This document shows, one piece after another, positions 30,531 through 39,499 of a DNA stretch of 64,000 nucleotides (the first letter of the stretch is position 1; every line of letters begins with the position of its first letter). The position numbers and the translations under genes were made by a program. Source of the stretch: Dysgonomonas sp. GTDB taxonomy: Bacteria; Bacteroidota; Bacteroidia; Bacteroidales; Dysgonomonadaceae. The stretch is taken from the NCBI GenBank assembly GCA_047974325.1, contig JBKECE010000237.1, forward strand, positions 2,323-66,322, written 5' to 3'. Below the pieces are notes generated by a model that saw nothing but the letters and a program-made list of their open reading frames with translations, did no database searches and was not told the DNA's origin.

Positions 30531-33065
30531 CTATATAATATCTTTCAGACTCTTGGGGTAATCTATGTCCAGTATAGACTTGTATTCGGCGCAGAAAGAA
30601 TTAAATATATTGTTCGCAATGCCAATCTTCCCGATCTTGTTAAGAGCCCTGCATTTAATTGATAATGCATATTCGTCCGTTTTATCATGGGCAAATATAA
30701 TATCGGCTATCACTATCATCAGATCATTATTGTCACGCAATGACTCTTGTTTTGACAGTGTTACCATTTCGTCGATGATTGTATTTGAATATTCAGCTTT
30801 AAAGCTATCTAACCAAGGAGCCTGTGTAAAGGGCAAAAGAGGTTCGGTCAGCAGCTCCATAGGAAATTCATTCAAATCGCTTACTGATAGATTTTCCTTT
30901 TGTTTAAGATTTTTCAATAAACTGTAAACCTCCATATAGTCGCAATACACTTTATCTGAAAAAGTGATATTCCAGTAAGCATTTTGGCTGTCAATCTGTA
31001 TACCGTCCAATGTTTCCATAAGACTTCTTAGTTTATGAATGTTTACCCTGCGGTTATTTTGTGCATTCTCTTCCGATTTATCAGGCCATAAAAATTCTCT
31101 CAGAGTCACGTTTGATATTCCTTTTTCGTTTTTTTGGTTGTAGAGAATGATCAGGGCAAGCAATTGTTTTAATATGGGAGTGAATTGTTTGGTTATGTTC
31201 TTACCCGTTTTGTCCCACACTTGGAATCCTCCTAAAAATAATATTGAAGATTGGTGGTGCTCTGTTTTTCGGGCAGAGTTGAATGCAAATACAGTTTTGC
31301 CGCCCGATTCTTCCGAGTTTTTTGTTTGAGTCGTTGCAGCTCCATTTTTAGCTTTTTTCCTTTTTTGAAAGAGAGTAATTGCACTGGCAATGACCATGCC
31401 GACGAATAGTATGATGAGCAAGTATACCCAATAACCATGTGTCCAGCTATCTTGTTCTCTTATATCTTCTTCTTTGAGTGGCGGATATGATAAGGAATAT
31501 ATTTTTATGATAGATTTATGATCTTGGATGAAAAGAACAACTGCATAAAGTTCAGATTCTGTTTTATTATAATATAATGTACAAAATGAACTTACATCAT
31601 TAAATGTGAACGGAATGGAATCTGCATATACGACATTTGAACCGTCTTTGAGATTAAATGACCTGAGCAAGAGTGAGGTGTTGCTTTTATTGTTTGGGAA
31701 ACAGAGAGCATAGAATAGCCCTGCATTTTTGTCTACGACAATATTATTGCTTACGACAAAATTAGAAACTGTATTGTTCAGAGTCCAAAGTTTCTTTGTG
31801 TGCAGAGTGTTGACATTTACCTCGTATAAGTCAGAATAATATTGAGTACCAAGTTCGTGCTTGCCTTTTATGTTACCATAACCTCCAAAAATGAGTTTTA
31901 AACTGTCGTTGATCCACCCTGATCCACTCAGATAGCGGGGAGGTATGCTTTCTTTGTAAGGAAGGCTCAGCCACGGGGCATTTTCTTTATTTTTGTATTG
32001 TAATAGATTTTTGTATTGTTAGTTGCCATATCCACACCAAATGTATAGAGCTGAATCTTTAGGTAAAATAAAGGAATTGTGTTGCGAAAAATTAGGATTC
32101 TTTAATTGCAGATCATTCATAGACCATTTATTAGTCAGAAAGTCGAAAATAGAGATCGTTGGAGAATCTAGATCGTAAGACCACAATTCTTTTGTATAAG
32201 GATTATAAATCAACTGATTATTCCTTTCCGTAAATGGTCTGCCGGCTTCGACAGGAATTGTATCAATCCGATTGCTTGTAAGATTTTATTTTAGTAACAA
32301 TGTTCCTTGTGCAAAATAAACACTGTTCTCGGATTCATTATATGCGATTTGAGAAAATTCCGGTAATGAGAACTCTTTTTTGAAAGACCATTTCAAATGT
32401 CTGTCGATGTTCCATATCGGATTTGAAACTGTAGCCTTGAGATGATGCAGGCTGTCATATACAGTGTTTTCAAGGTGTTCACGCAAAGGCCAATAGGCTA
32501 CAGGTTGATTGTCGGCATCAGAAATGCGGATGTTCCGGATCGACATCGGAGGCACATCCGAAGAGCTGAATTTTGTGTGTTTCGATCCTCCGAAATAGAA
32601 ATAAAACTTACTGAGATCTTTGTACTTGCAATCTATTACCAGCTTTTCGTTGTTGAATTCAACTATTATTTTCTGTGAAGAAAACTTCAATTGTACGTGT
32701 ACCCATTTATCCCAATGATAGTTATCTAAAGCTCTTTTTGGGAATGATTTGTAGATCGCATTTCCTTCCACAAAACTCAACATACGCTCATTCCCTGAAA
32801 AATTGGAGATGAGATCAAAGCTTGTGTTATCGTTTGCAATTATTCTGAATATATAGCCAAAGTTATACACTTCTTCTCTCAGCTTAATATCAAAGTCGAG
32901 AATGAATCCATTAGGTAAAAGAAATTCTTTGTTCAGATATAATGTAGTTCTGTCTTCTTGTTTCTCATTGTGGGACAAGAAAGTAATTCCTGTTGACCTA
33001 TTTTCACACCAAATAGAGTTCAGTATAAAGAATGAAAATATTAATAAGAAATTTCTTTTCTGCAT
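30531..33065 (-). pseudogene. Transmembrane one-component regulator (signal peptide - LamG-like - Kelch-like propeller - TM - cytoplasmic SARP-like winged helix + BTAD) interrupted by two in-frame TAA codons (32286..32288 and 32019..32021)
   Basis: Track ORFs 32286..33065, 32019..32213 and 30531..31670 are all in the same frame. The 24 and 116 codons between them are open. They continue the Kelch-like sequence: ...LYIWCGYGN*QYKNLLQYKNKENAPWLSLP...LIFGGYGNIKGKHELGTQYYSDLYEVN.... The TM helix YWVYLLIILFVGMVIASAITLF is followed by QKRKKAKN, which is positive-inside. The cytoplasmic part, ILFLGGFQVWDKTGKNITKQFTPILKQLLALIILY...ISNVTLREFLWPDKSEENAQNNRRVNIHKLRSLM, fits the SARP/OmpR-type wHTH pattern. 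A BTAD-like helical tail follows. Confidence 0.7.
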
Positions 33066-33258
33066 AACAATATTTGATATTTCAATATAAATATATGATA
33101 GCCATTCAACAAAGCTAAAAAAAAAATATCATATTATGTCAGAACCATAAATTACAAAAATGATTTGAAGATATATTCTGCTATTTAATGAAAAATTAAT
33201 TGTACCAAGAGACAAAAATTGAGGACATCCCACTGATTTAACATTTTTATTTCCCGCG

Positions 33259-33288
33259 TTAATACAATATTAATGGAATAATTAATAC
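33259..33288 (+). promoter_or_regulatory. Three phased direct heptamers TTAATAC / TTAATGG / TTAATAC (11 and 12 bp spacing), candidate activator site
   Basis: The heptamers start at 33259, 33270 and 33282. They lie in the divergent regulator/GH92 intergenic region, and the last one ends 8 nt before the -7 box at 33297. The region is AT-rich, so chance occurrence is possible. Confidence 0.25.
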
Positions 33289-33296
33289 TCAGGATA

Positions 33297-33304
33297 TAAA
33301 TTTG
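33297..33304 (+). promoter_or_regulatory. Candidate -7 box (TAAATTTG) for the GH92 operon
   Basis: Exact TAnnTTTG match ~104 nt upstream of the ATG at 33408. No TTTG -33 element upstream; the heptamer repeats occupy that position. Confidence 0.3.
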
Positions 33305-33407
33305 TGCAGAAAAGAGGAGTACCTCATATAGACAGTTCTCCCAACAATAAAGATTAAGATATAATAAAGAAATCTATTTTTTTACTTTGACCAAGATCTA
33401 ATACAAT

Positions 33408-35717
33408 ATGAAAAAGACTTTCTTGTTTTTTCTCTTCGCCGGACTATCATTGACTATTTGCAAAGCAGAACAAAAATTGACTTCGGAATCAAAGTCCGCA
33501 CCGGTTGATTATGTAAATATATTAATGGGCTCTGGGTCTACATACGAATTGTCTGCCGGAAATACGTATCCTGCAATAGCTTTACCATGGGGAATGAATT
33601 TTTGGACACCTCAAACAGGTTCTATGGGCAATGGCTGGAGTTACAAATATAGCGATACAAAGATAAGAGGTTTTAAACAAACACACCAACCCAGTCCTTG
33701 GATCAGAGACTACGGGCAATTCGCCATTATGCCGGTTGTTGGTGCGAAAAAAATAAATCAAGACGAGAGGGCAAGTTGGTTTTCCCATAAATCTGAGACC
33801 GCAACACCTTATTATTATAAAGTCTACTTGGCAGACTATGATGTTACGACCGAAATGACACCGACAGAACGTTCTGCATATTTCCGTTTCACATTTCCTG
33901 AGTCAGATAGTGCATACATTGTTATTGATGCTTTCGATAATGGTTCTTTTGTAAAGGTCAATAAAGAAAATAACACCATAGAAGGTTATACAACTAAAAA
34001 TAGTGGCGGAGTGCCGGATAATTTTAAAAACTATTTTGTGATAAAATTCAATAAACCATTGGCTTCGGCCGAAGTTTGGAATGATTATAAAATTGTTGCC
34101 GGAAAAAATGAAATAAATTCAAATCATGTAGGAGCAATAATCGGTTTCAAAACAAAGAGAGGAGAATTGGTTGAAGCCCAAATAAGTTCATCTTTTATCA
34201 GTACGGATCAGGCTTACAAGAATCTCCAGGAGATAGGCAAAAGAGGTTTCGATCAGATCAAAGACGAGGCCTACAATACATGGAATAGGATATTATCTAA
34301 AATAGAAGTAGATGGTGGCACAGACGATCAATACCGTACATTCTATTCATGTTTGTACAGATCTTTGCTCTTTCCACGCAAATTTTATGAATATGATGTT
34401 GATGGAGCTGTTGTACATTATAGTCCCTACAATGGAAAAGTGCTTCCGGGATATATGTATACCGATACTGGTTTTTGGGACACATTCCGGGCATTGTTTC
34501 CATTCCTTAATTTGATGTTTCCGTCTGTGAACACCGAAATTCAGGAAGGTTTGCTGAATACATATAAAGAGAGTGGATTTCTTCCGGAATGGGCAAGTCC
34601 CGGACACCGCGATTGCATGATTGGTAACAATTCGGCATCAGTGGTAACAGATGCTTATATTAAAGGTGCAAAGGTGAAAAAAGAAGATATCGAAACATTA
34701 TATCAGGCAATGGTACATGGGGCGAATAATGTTGATTCCAAGATTTCTTCGACCGGACGTTTGGGTTACCAATATTACAATGAACTGGGTTATGTGCCTT
34801 ATAATGTGGGCATAAATGAAAATGCTGCCCGCACACTCGAATATGCTTATGATGATTGGTGCATTATGCAACTGGGTCGAAAATTGGGAAAACCTCAAAA
34901 AGAAATAGATGTATATGCCAAACGCAGCCTCAATTATAGAAATCTGTTCGACAAAGAAAGTAAATTGATGCGGGGCAAGAACAAGGATGGTGCATTCCAG
35001 ACTCCCTTCAATCCTTATAAATGGGGTGATGCTTTTACTGAAGGCAATAGCTGGCACTATACATGGAGTGTGTTCCATGATACACAAGGTTTGATTGATT
35101 TGATGGGTGGAAAAGACAATTTTGTGCAGATGTTGGATTCGGTGTTTGTTGTTCCCCCAATATTCGATGACAGCTATTATGGTCAGGTGATACACGAAAT
35201 ACGTGAAATGCAGGTCATGAATATGGGTAATTATGCACATGGAAATCAACCCATTCAGCATATGATCTATCTATACAACTATGCCAGTGCTCCATGGAAA
35301 GCTCAATATTGGTTGCGTGAAGTGATGGACAAATTGTATGCTCCCACTCCGGATGGTTATTGCGGAGATGAAGATAATGGACAAACATCTGTCTGGTACG
35401 TGTTTTCGGCATTAGGGTTCTATCCGGTGTGTCCCGGATCGGAACAATATGTACTTGGCTCCCCGCTATTTAAGAAAGCAATATTGAGCCTCGAAAATGG
35501 GAAAAAAATAGAGATAACTGCCACAAGCAACGATAGAAAGAACCGTTATGTGAAAAAATTGACCATTAATGGAAAAGAATATAAACATAATTGGATCAAC
35601 CATCCGGATCTGCTGAATGGCATGACAATGAAATATGAGATGGATTCCGTTCCCAATAAACAAAGAGGAATAGCTAAAGAAGACTATCCTTATTCATTCA
35701 GTAATGAAAATAAATGA
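33408..35717 (+). CDS. GH92 family alpha-mannosidase (secreted/periplasmic)
   Basis: Signal peptide. GH92 hallmarks are present: NGWSYKYSDTKIRGFKQTHQPSPWIRDYG, YAHGNQPIQHMIYLYNY and GDEDNGQTSVWYVFSALGFYPVCPG. Confidence 0.93.
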   Translation: MKKTFLFFLFAGLSLTICKAEQKLTSESKSAPVDYVNILMGSGSTYELSAGNTYPAIALPWGMNFWTPQTGSMGNGWSYKYSDTKIRGFKQTHQPSPWIRDYGQFAIMPVVGAKKINQDERASWFSHKSETATPYYYKVYLADYDVTTEMTPTERSAYFRFTFPESDSAYIVIDAFDNGSFVKVNKENNTIEGYTTKNSGGVPDNFKNYFVIKFNKPLASAEVWNDYKIVAGKNEINSNHVGAIIGFKTKRGELVEAQISSSFISTDQAYKNLQEIGKRGFDQIKDEAYNTWNRILSKIEVDGGTDDQYRTFYSCLYRSLLFPRKFYEYDVDGAVVHYSPYNGKVLPGYMYTDTGFWDTFRALFPFLNLMFPSVNTEIQEGLLNTYKESGFLPEWASPGHRDCMIGNNSASVVTDAYIKGAKVKKEDIETLYQAMVHGANNVDSKISSTGRLGYQYYNELGYVPYNVGINENAARTLEYAYDDWCIMQLGRKLGKPQKEIDVYAKRSLNYRNLFDKESKLMRGKNKDGAFQTPFNPYKWGDAFTEGNSWHYTWSVFHDTQGLIDLMGGKDNFVQMLDSVFVVPPIFDDSYYGQVIHEIREMQVMNMGNYAHGNQPIQHMIYLYNYASAPWKAQYWLREVMDKLYAPTPDGYCGDEDNGQTSVWYVFSALGFYPVCPGSEQYVLGSPLFKKAILSLENGKKIEITATSNDRKNRYVKKLTINGKEYKHNWINHPDLLNGMTMKYEMDSVPNKQRGIAKEDYPYSFSNENK

Positions 35718-35739
35718 AAATAATAATCTGAAAGTGACC

Positions 35740-38013
35740 ATGAAAGTAAAAAATTGTATTCTTTTCATCCTGCTTATTCCGGTGATACTGTTTTGTCAAA
35801 CAGGTAAGCAAAATAGTGCTGTTTGGCATGACAATGTAAATAAATATGTTGACCCTTATATCGGAACAGGAGGGCATGGTCATACTTTTATGGGAGTAGC
35901 AGCTCCTTTCGGAGCAGTTCAGATAGGTCCCAATAATATAAACAAAGGTTGGGACTGGTGCTCGGGATACCATTATTCGGATTCTGTGCTGATCGGGTTT
36001 TCCCACCTTCACCTCAATGGAACAGGTTGTAGTGATACTGGAGATTTGCTCTTTATGCCTTATACCGGATCTACAAAAACAAATCAGGGAACTCAAGAAA
36101 ATCCTACATCAGGGTATGGGTCACATTATTCACACGAAGATGAGGTGGTCGGAGTTGGCTACTATTCTGTTTTGCTGAAAGACCATAATGTGAAAGTGGA
36201 ATTGACAGCATCGGATCGAGTGGCATTTCATAAATATACTTTTCTGAAAAATGACAAAGAAAAGCATGTGATGATAAATCTGAAAGATGCAAACGGAGAC
36301 GATCAGGTTTTGGGTGCATATATGGAACAAGTTGATGATGTAACCATCAGAGGTTATCGTTTCTCTTCTGGATGGACAAAAAATCAGCAGATTTATTTTG
36401 TTGCTAAATTTTCTTCACCTGTTTCTCTTGCATTGTATGATGGAGATAAAAAAGTTAGTGGAAATAAGTTGAAAGGTTTGAATGTTAAAGGAAATGTTTC
36501 TTTCCCGAAAACGGTTTCGCAATTAAAAGTGAAGGTTGGTATTTCTCCTGTCAGCATGGAAAATGCCCAAGTAAACATAGACAAGGAGATTCCTGCATGG
36601 AATTTTGAAAAAATAGTGAAGCAGACAGAAGAGAAGTGGAACAAGGAATTGAACACGGTGCAAATTCAAAGCAACGATTCTGTTGCTAAGAGGATATTCT
36701 ATTCCGGAATGTACCATGCTTTTATCCAGCCTATTATTTTCAATGATTTCAATAAAGACTACAGAGGAAGTGACAAGAAAGTATATAAGAATGTAAATTT
36801 CAACAATTATACAGTATTTTCTTTATGGGATACGTATCGTGCGGCACATCCGCTTTATACGATTGTTCAGCCGCAAAGAGTTGCCGATTTTGTAAACTCG
36901 ATGATTGCAATAAACGATCAGCAGGGAATGCTCCCTGTTTGGCATCTCTATGGTGGCGACACATACGAAATGATCGGGATACAGTCTGTACCGGTTGTCG
37001 CAGATGCAATCTTGAAAAACTTTTCCGGCTTTGATTATGAAAAAGCATATCAGGCTATGAAAACATCTATGCTCAGTGATTATAAAGGTTTGAACTATTT
37101 GAAAACAAACGGATTTATACCCTCCGATCTGGAAAAAGAATCTGTAGCCAAAGGTTTGGAATATTCTATTGCAGATTGGAGCATAGCTCAAGTTGCAAAA
37201 AAACTGGGAAAAGATGATGATTACAAATTGTTCTCAAAAAGAGCCAAAAATTATCAATATTACTGGGATGATGAGACTCATTTTTTTCGTGGAAAAAATC
37301 AGAACGGAACATGGAGAGAGCCTTTCAGCCCATTTAGCTCTACCCATCGGAATGATGATTATTGCGAAGGCAATGGATATCAATATACATGGCTTGTGCC
37401 CCATGATGTGGAAGGATTGATATCGTTGTTTAAAAGTGAACAATCTTTCGTCAACAAACTGGACAGTTTATTTCAGATTAAAGAATCGCTCGGAGAAGAG
37501 GCTTCTCCGGATATTTCGGGAATGATTGGACAGTATGCTCATGGCAATGAACCGGGACATCATACCATTTATTTGTATGCTTTTGCTGGACAGCAATGGA
37601 AAACAGCACAAAGAGTGAGAGAGGTTTTGGACAACCTATATCACGATCAGCCGGACGGATTGGCCGGAAATGAAGACTGCGGTCAAATGTCCAGTTGGTA
37701 TATATTCTCAACTCTGGGTTTTTATCCGGTGAATCCGGCAAATGGTTTATTCGTGTTCGGCAGTCCATATTTGTTTGATAAGGCAACGATTGCATTGCCC
37801 CAAAACAAAAAATTCGAGATCATAGCTCAGAATAACTCTAAGGATAATATGTACATACAGTCAGTAGAATTAAATGGGAAACCGTATACAAAGTCTTATA
37901 TAATGTATGATGATATTATGAAAGGCGGCACTTTGAAGTTTATAATGGGAAATCGACCAAACTATGAATTTGGAAAAAATCAGCAAGATAGACCAAAATC
38001 AATTGTCGATTGA
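35740..38013 (+). CDS. GH92 family alpha-mannosidase (second paralog)
   Basis: Signal peptide MKVKNCILFILLIPVILFCQ from the ATG at 35740; the track start 35704 overlaps the upstream gene. Motifs: IGFSHLHLNGTGCSD, YAHGNEPGHHTIYLYAF and GNEDCGQMSSWYIFSTLGFYPVNPA. Confidence 0.93.
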   Translation: MKVKNCILFILLIPVILFCQTGKQNSAVWHDNVNKYVDPYIGTGGHGHTFMGVAAPFGAVQIGPNNINKGWDWCSGYHYSDSVLIGFSHLHLNGTGCSDTGDLLFMPYTGSTKTNQGTQENPTSGYGSHYSHEDEVVGVGYYSVLLKDHNVKVELTASDRVAFHKYTFLKNDKEKHVMINLKDANGDDQVLGAYMEQVDDVTIRGYRFSSGWTKNQQIYFVAKFSSPVSLALYDGDKKVSGNKLKGLNVKGNVSFPKTVSQLKVKVGISPVSMENAQVNIDKEIPAWNFEKIVKQTEEKWNKELNTVQIQSNDSVAKRIFYSGMYHAFIQPIIFNDFNKDYRGSDKKVYKNVNFNNYTVFSLWDTYRAAHPLYTIVQPQRVADFVNSMIAINDQQGMLPVWHLYGGDTYEMIGIQSVPVVADAILKNFSGFDYEKAYQAMKTSMLSDYKGLNYLKTNGFIPSDLEKESVAKGLEYSIADWSIAQVAKKLGKDDDYKLFSKRAKNYQYYWDDETHFFRGKNQNGTWREPFSPFSSTHRNDDYCEGNGYQYTWLVPHDVEGLISLFKSEQSFVNKLDSLFQIKESLGEEASPDISGMIGQYAHGNEPGHHTIYLYAFAGQQWKTAQRVREVLDNLYHDQPDGLAGNEDCGQMSSWYIFSTLGFYPVNPANGLFVFGSPYLFDKATIALPQNKKFEIIAQNNSKDNMYIQSVELNGKPYTKSYIMYDDIMKGGTLKFIMGNRPNYEFGKNQQDRPKSIVD

Positions 38014-38056
38014 TTAAAAAAAAGAATCATTCAATTAACAACTAAATTTTAATCTT

Positions 38057-39376
38057 ATGAAAATGAAAAATTACAAAAAATCTTTGTTAACAAGTATGTT
38101 CGCTTGTTCTCTGTTCTTAAATGCTTTTGCTCAGACATCTCCGTTTGCCGGAGGTAGCGGAACAAAAAAAGATCCTTATTTGATCGAAACACCTCGTCAG
38201 TTCGATGCAATTCGTGACTATAGAGATAAAAATTTTAAACTGAATGCAGACCTTGACTTCACAGGATATTTGAGAGAAGACGGCGGAACTTGGTGGCCCG
38301 TTGGAGAATGGGGCAGCGGGGACAATGCTGCTGAACGTTTCAGTGGAACTTTTAATGGAAACGGACATAAAATAAAGAATCTTGTTGTAGAAAGAACAGC
38401 TTCCGACCTAAGTATTTTTGGTGTAACTGATGGTGCTCAGATTTCTAACCTTATTGTTGAAGGCTGTGAAATTACAGGTGAAGGCCGTTTAGGTGTATTG
38501 ACAGGAGCTACATTCCGTACCGAGATAGATCAGGTTGCAGTGATCAATAGCAAATGTCTGAACACATTGTCCGATCATGGATCCAATGCCGGGGGCATTA
38601 CCGGACCTCTGTTTGCCGGAAGCACAATTACAAATAGTTATTCGATAGGCGGAAAGGTTTTTGGAAAAGATGCAATAGGTGGAGTCTGCAGCCAGATTAA
38701 TGACGGCAGCACGATTTCTAATTGCTATACAACTTGTGACGTAGAGGGAAATACAAATGTTGGAGGTATTACAGGAAACACCAATGGTGGTTATATATTG
38801 AATTCCGTAGCAATAAATACGGCAATCACCTGTCATGATGTGAATGATGGCCGCATAGCAGGCACTGTGAACGGTAGCAATCTTTTGTCCAATAATTATG
38901 CTTATAGATACACAACCGTGAATGGTGGAGTGAATGGAGAAATGGTGACAGATGTATCTGTTAATGCAAAAAACGGAGCAAATGCGACTGAAGATGAATT
39001 GACATCCGTATCTTTCTATGCCACCAATCTGACATGGGATATTGCGGCAGACAATTCAACTGTTTGGAAGGTTGATGCAACAATTTTCAAATATCCGGTA
39101 CTATCTTGGCAAACTGAAGGACCTGGTTCCGGCATTGTCAATGTTGAAGAACAAAATGCAAATAAATATAAAGTTTTTGTAATTGGTAATTCTGTTGTCG
39201 TCAATAATCTACAGGCAAACGATGATGTATCTGTATATTCTCTTTCAGGCACACTTGTTGGCAGATCTAAAGCTATAAATTCTACAGAATCTATTCCGGT
39301 TACCAACAATGGATTATATGTTGTAAAAATAGCATCACAAGGACAATCTTATATTTTTAAAGCAATAAAGAGATAA
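38057..39376 (+). CDS. Secreted GLUG-motif repeat protein with T9SS C-terminal sorting domain
   Basis: Signal peptide. GSGTKKDPYLIETPRQFDAIRD...FSGTFNGNGHKIKNLVV is followed by repeated GG(I/V)xG...I.N(C/S)Y units: NAGGITGPLFAGSTITNSYS, IGGVCSQINDGSTISNCYT and VGGITGNTNGGYILNSVA. The C-terminal ~75 aa (VFVIGNSVVVNNL...NGLYVVKIASQGQSYIFKAIKR) are CTD-like. Confidence 0.75.
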   Translation: MKMKNYKKSLLTSMFACSLFLNAFAQTSPFAGGSGTKKDPYLIETPRQFDAIRDYRDKNFKLNADLDFTGYLREDGGTWWPVGEWGSGDNAAERFSGTFNGNGHKIKNLVVERTASDLSIFGVTDGAQISNLIVEGCEITGEGRLGVLTGATFRTEIDQVAVINSKCLNTLSDHGSNAGGITGPLFAGSTITNSYSIGGKVFGKDAIGGVCSQINDGSTISNCYTTCDVEGNTNVGGITGNTNGGYILNSVAINTAITCHDVNDGRIAGTVNGSNLLSNNYAYRYTTVNGGVNGEMVTDVSVNAKNGANATEDELTSVSFYATNLTWDIAADNSTVWKVDATIFKYPVLSWQTEGPGSGIVNVEEQNANKYKVFVIGNSVVVNNLQANDDVSVYSLSGTLVGRSKAINSTESIPVTNNGLYVVKIASQGQSYIFKAIKR

Positions 39377-39388
39377 TTTCTATAGACT

Positions 39389-39441
39389 AAACCATCACTT
39401 ATCTTATTCTATAATTAGATACGATAAATAGGTGATGGTTT
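39389..39441 (+). terminator. Possible terminator/attenuator hairpin between the GLUG gene and susC-like gene
   Basis: 10-bp stem aaaccatcac / gtgatggttt with a long (~33 nt) loop, followed by a T-rich tract (tttactttttttg). Confidence 0.4.
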
Positions 39442-39499
39442 TTACTTTTTTTGCTTCTTATGTAATCTAATTAACCTAACATTTAAATTCAAATAGAGG

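Noticed and set aside
32019-32288. Possibility that the two in-frame TAA codons reflect stop-codon reassignment or programmed readthrough
   Set aside because: TAA clearly terminates many complete genes in this window (for example the S8 protease at 1006..1008, gcvH at 6210..6212, the OM barrel at 17807..17809 and SusC at 42635..42637). I saw no recoding signal, so nonsense mutation or sequencing error is the simpler reading.
34698-35261. Long antisense ORFs inside real genes. Examples: 34698..35261, 36823..37191 and 45891..46310 on the minus strand; 52602..53027 and 55632..56270 on the plus strand
   Set aside because: All lie opposite genes with strong family signatures (GH92, the 645-aa protein, porX, capA/trkH). 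Their translations are low-complexity or Cys/His/Ile-rich with no recognisable motifs. These are typical shadow ORFs.
35704-35739. Longer start for the second GH92, overlapping the first GH92 by 14 nt
   Set aside because: The 12 extra residues (MKINENNNLKVT) precede a perfect signal peptide beginning at the ATG at 35740. The shorter start is preferred, though the longer one cannot be excluded.
39377-39499. TTAA-containing repeats upstream of susC as a second operator for the SARP-like regulator
   Set aside because: Only TTAA tetramers (TTAACCT, TTAAATT) recur at ~12 bp. That is too little information in AT-rich DNA to call a site.
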